From a virus: a DNA stretch of 14,787 bases. The translations under genes were made by a program, and so were the position numbers. The stretch's first letter is position 1; each line of letters opens with the position of its first letter. The stretch lies in the IMG/VR virus record IMGVR_UViG_3300027782_000022. One strand, written 5' to 3'. Positions 12,099-14,787 of the stretch are shown piece after piece. A model generated the notes under the pieces. It was given only the letters and a program-made list of their open reading frames with translations, made no database searches and was not told the DNA's origin.

Positions 12099-13264
12099 GG
12101 CCTCAGTTGGGGGTCGGGTTCCATTAGGTCGGGCAGGTCGAGCAGTTCGCGGGATTCATCAATTGAAATGACATCGAGGGGGCGCAGCGTCGAAATGAGC
12201 GTGGCGATTTCTGCCGGATTGCCGCGTAGGAATACCGAAGTATCGAACTCGACGGTGTGGCCGCGGGGCGTGATGTCATTCATTGAGAGGCGCTGCGAGA
12301 TCTGAAGCATGACCGGGGTGAGGCTGAGGTCGAGCAGCTGACGATAAAGGTCGGTTCGGTTTGAGTATGTGAGGCTTGATCCTGATTGTGTGGCATTGAC
12401 CCAAGCGGCGTCAAGGTTTGCCTGCCGAGCGATTGCGAGGGCTGAGGCGTCTCGGGCTTGGACGAGCTGCATATCGTTGGGGTTCCAGCCGCCCACGTTC
12501 TCAGTCGAGATCGTCGAGTTTAGGTAGGCGGTCGAACGGTTAGTTCTAGCGGCTTCCCAGGCGTCGAGCAGATCATCGACTACAGCGCTGGGCAGATCCG
12601 CGCCCGAGTTCTTCAGGATAACGTTCGGGACGGGGTATTCGGCGTATCGGAGCGATGCGGCCTCGAGTGCTGCCGCAGTGTTGCAGGCCGAGGCCATGGT
12701 GGTCAGCCATCCGCCGGCGCCGTCGCCATCGAAGCGGATGACGTCCCGGGGCGGGACGGGTGTGCCGTTCCAATAGACAGTTCCGAAAGCCGGGATCGGG
12801 TCCATGATGTCTTGGGTCGTCGGCCCCGGCACGAATGAGATTTGGGTGTATGGCATCCATACGATTTCGGTCGGGTAGCCATCCCATGCTCGGGATTCGA
12901 CCTTCCAGTATGCCTCGCCGTACAGCAGCTGATCCTGAACGGTGCGGCCCATGAGCGCGGCGTAGGTGGTCTGCATTGACGGTTGCACAAGTAGGCCTCG
13001 GGCCACGATTTGATCCTTGCCGACATATTCCTTAAGCGGAAAAGCGGAGATCGTGTTCGTGTAGACCTTTAGGCACTTGACAAAGGCTGGAACCTGAAGC
13101 GCGACGCCGAGATCTACGCCGTAACTCTGGGAGCGCTGGATGGCGGTGAGCAGTTGCGCGGAAGAGTCGCGGATGTACGGGACCGGCTCGGCCACGGCCT
13201 GCGCTGCCGCTGACTGGATCAAAGCCTGGTCCCGTACAACCTTGAGTGAACGGGGAAACGCCAC
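12095..13264 (-). CDS. Portal protein (HK97-type, 389 aa), GTG start.
   Basis: Its size and its position between terminase and protease/capsid fit a portal. The overall sequence character is typical of phage portals. GTG is the only in-frame start after the upstream stop. Confidence 0.88.
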   Translation of the reverse strand: MAFPRSLKVVRDQALIQSAAAQAVAEPVPYIRDSSAQLLTAIQRSQSYGVDLGVALQVPAFVKCLKVYTNTISAFPLKEYVGKDQIVARGLLVQPSMQTTYAALMGRTVQDQLLYGEAYWKVESRAWDGYPTEIVWMPYTQISFVPGPTTQDIMDPIPAFGTVYWNGTPVPPRDVIRFDGDGAGGWLTTMASACNTAAALEAASLRYAEYPVPNVILKNSGADLPSAVVDDLLDAWEAARTNRSTAYLNSTISTENVGGWNPNDMQLVQARDASALAIARQANLDAAWVNATQSGSSLTYSNRTDLYRQLLDLSLTPVMLQISQRLSMNDITPRGHTVEFDTSVFLRGNPAEIATLISTLRPLDVISIDESRELLDLPDLMEPDPQLRP

Positions 13265-13320
13265 GGGTGTAATTCTGGTCCCATATCACACGCTGGTCAA
13301 GCCATCGCGCTTTTCGCGGT

Positions 13321-14739
13321 TTATGCGCGTCGGCGTGTATGGATTCGAGCCATGGGCCTCGGGGTCTTGCTTGCCTGGTAGGCCGCGAACATGACGGCCC
13401 GTGCTGCGTACACGCCTCCATGGCCCATCCGGGCAGACATGACCCATCCGCCTTGGCGCTTGGAGATATTCGATTGCGTGAAATGCTCCAATAGCGTTTC
13501 CGAATCTTCGTGGACTATTGCCCGACGGTCGAACAGATCTAGGAGGTTCTGGGTTGCAGCTGCGGCTTCGCGCTGCCCGACGAGTTCGTCGAAACGCTCT
13601 TGAAGCCTGTCTACATAGCCTGGGGTGACCTGTATAAATAGGCTGGGGTGATCCTTGCGGATTTCCCCTAAGCGTGCGTCGACATCCTTAATCGTTCGGT
13701 GAGTAGTGGCCCGGACAACGATGCGCCCATCCTCCAGCGGTGCGGCGATTGCTACAGCGTGGCCCATTCCGTCAAAGTCGGACTCGACCGCCACAGACCA
13801 GATCCCCTCGGGGGGCAACCCTTCGTCGGAGAGGGTTTCTTTCCACCAGGAATCTTTCAGCCAATGGTTTGCCCGGGGAACCCACATATTCAGGTATTCG
13901 CGCAGCCATGAGGATTGCTCGATGTTTTCCCATTGGCCTCGGAGGAAGGCCTCGCGCTTATCGTTCCATTCTGGGCTAGCGTACTTCCAGGTTTCCGGAT
14001 CGTCAGGATCTGCGGTCGGTGGCGCTGACCATTCCAGGAGCAGAATATTTCCAGGATCATCGGCCCCGAGGTGGTCGATTGCCCTTTGCCGATATGAGGC
14101 CATGAGATCGCTCGATGAGTCACCAGCCGTGGAAACTAGGAAGGCCTGCGGGTTGAGTCGCTCGGCCATGGTCGGCGCGATAGCGCCCATGAACACCTGG
14201 CTAGGGATGCTCCAGGCTTCATCGAGGAAAGCCATGTTTATGGAGAATCCGACGCCAGCGGAATCGTTTGCTGCATGAATTAGCCATCGGTCGCCGGACG
14301 GTAGTTCGATGCCTGCCCGTTCGTTACCCCATCGGGCTGCTTGCTTGCCGTACTTTTCCACGGCCCAAATGCCAGCCGGACGCATAACCTCCATGGCGGT
14401 TGAGCGCTTATTGGCCACATGGAGAATCGTCTGCGGCTCCCCGAACAGTTCGGCATGGTGAAGCCGCCACATGCAGATTGCCCGAGACAGGACCGACTTG
14501 CCGGACTGCCGAGCGACTGTAAGCACGACCGTCGGCCAGCACAGTTCCCCAGTTTCGGGGTAATACTCCAGCGCCCGGTCGAGCGCGTAAGCCTGCCAGC
14601 CTCTCAGCTGCAATCCGTACACGGTAGACAGCCAAACCCGAGCCGCGGGGCCATGCGTTTCCACAGTCCTCCGTTGCGGCCCTGTCTCCAACCGTGGCAG
14701 CACGAACCCTTCAGGATGTACCCGAGCCTTCTCGGTCAC
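13321..14739 (-). CDS. Terminase large subunit (472 aa from the GTG). The reading frame stays open upstream to the window edge and joins the HNH ORF on the circle.
   Basis: Walker A-like VARQSGKS, Walker B MAFLDEAW, and a C-terminal RNaseH-like nuclease region (VAVESDFDGMGHAVAIA). The GTG at 14739 has AGGAGAGG 7 nt upstream. Confidence 0.92.
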   Translation of the reverse strand: MTEKARVHPEGFVLPRLETGPQRRTVETHGPAARVWLSTVYGLQLRGWQAYALDRALEYYPETGELCWPTVVLTVARQSGKSVLSRAICMWRLHHAELFGEPQTILHVANKRSTAMEVMRPAGIWAVEKYGKQAARWGNERAGIELPSGDRWLIHAANDSAGVGFSINMAFLDEAWSIPSQVFMGAIAPTMAERLNPQAFLVSTAGDSSSDLMASYRQRAIDHLGADDPGNILLLEWSAPPTADPDDPETWKYASPEWNDKREAFLRGQWENIEQSSWLREYLNMWVPRANHWLKDSWWKETLSDEGLPPEGIWSVAVESDFDGMGHAVAIAAPLEDGRIVVRATTHRTIKDVDARLGEIRKDHPSLFIQVTPGYVDRLQERFDELVGQREAAAATQNLLDLFDRRAIVHEDSETLLEHFTQSNISKRQGGWVMSARMGHGGVYAARAVMFAAYQASKTPRPMARIHTRRRA

Positions 14740-14787
14740 GCTTTGGCCTCTCCTGGAGCGTTCTGGGACTTCTGGGGGATAATTGAG
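14661..14787. repeat. Terminal direct repeat, copy 2. Exact duplicate of 1..127.
   Basis: Same 127-nt string as 1..127. The unique genome length is therefore 14,660 bp. Confidence 0.95.

Overview
The window is a closed circle. Bases 1..127 are identical to 14661..14787, so the unique molecule is 14,660 bp. I read it as a complete, extremely compact siphovirus-type dsDNA phage genome from a GC-rich, probably actinobacterial, host.

I count about 26 genes, all on the minus strand. Most are translationally coupled through ATGA or TAATG overlaps. In transcription order around the circle:
- a 246-bp non-coding region (915->670)
- a Cys-rich 72-aa protein
- an HNH endonuclease domain that runs in frame, with no stop codon, across the window junction into the large terminase
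- portal
- a single prohead protease-linker-HK97-type major capsid polyprotein
- two head-tail connector proteins
- major tail protein
- tail assembly chaperone
- an HK97-gp10-like protein
- tape measure protein
- Dit-like protein
- glycine-rich fibre
- small proteins and two membrane proteins
- a zinc-peptidase endolysin
- an excisionase-type HTH protein
- a transglycosylase-like protein
- a run of mini-genes: a TM peptide, a Zn-ribbon/wHTH protein, a 42-aa ORF, an FCS-type zinc ribbon, a 226-aa DNA-metabolism candidate and a stand-alone Lsr2 DNA-binding domain

I see no DNA polymerase, primase or helicase, no integrase, no partition system, no recognisable small terminase, and no tRNA or CRISPR.

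Five short ORFs (34-46 aa) fall below the ORF-track cutoff, and the HNH ORF is cut by the window edge. I found all six by hand translation.

The points most worth follow-up are:
- the HNH::TerL continuous ORF
- the minimal gene content
- the protease-capsid fusion
- the lone Lsr2 DNA-binding domain
- the CATGGCA-motif non-coding region
- a possible non-canonical chaperone frameshift

All functional calls rest on motif recognition by eye. No database search was run.
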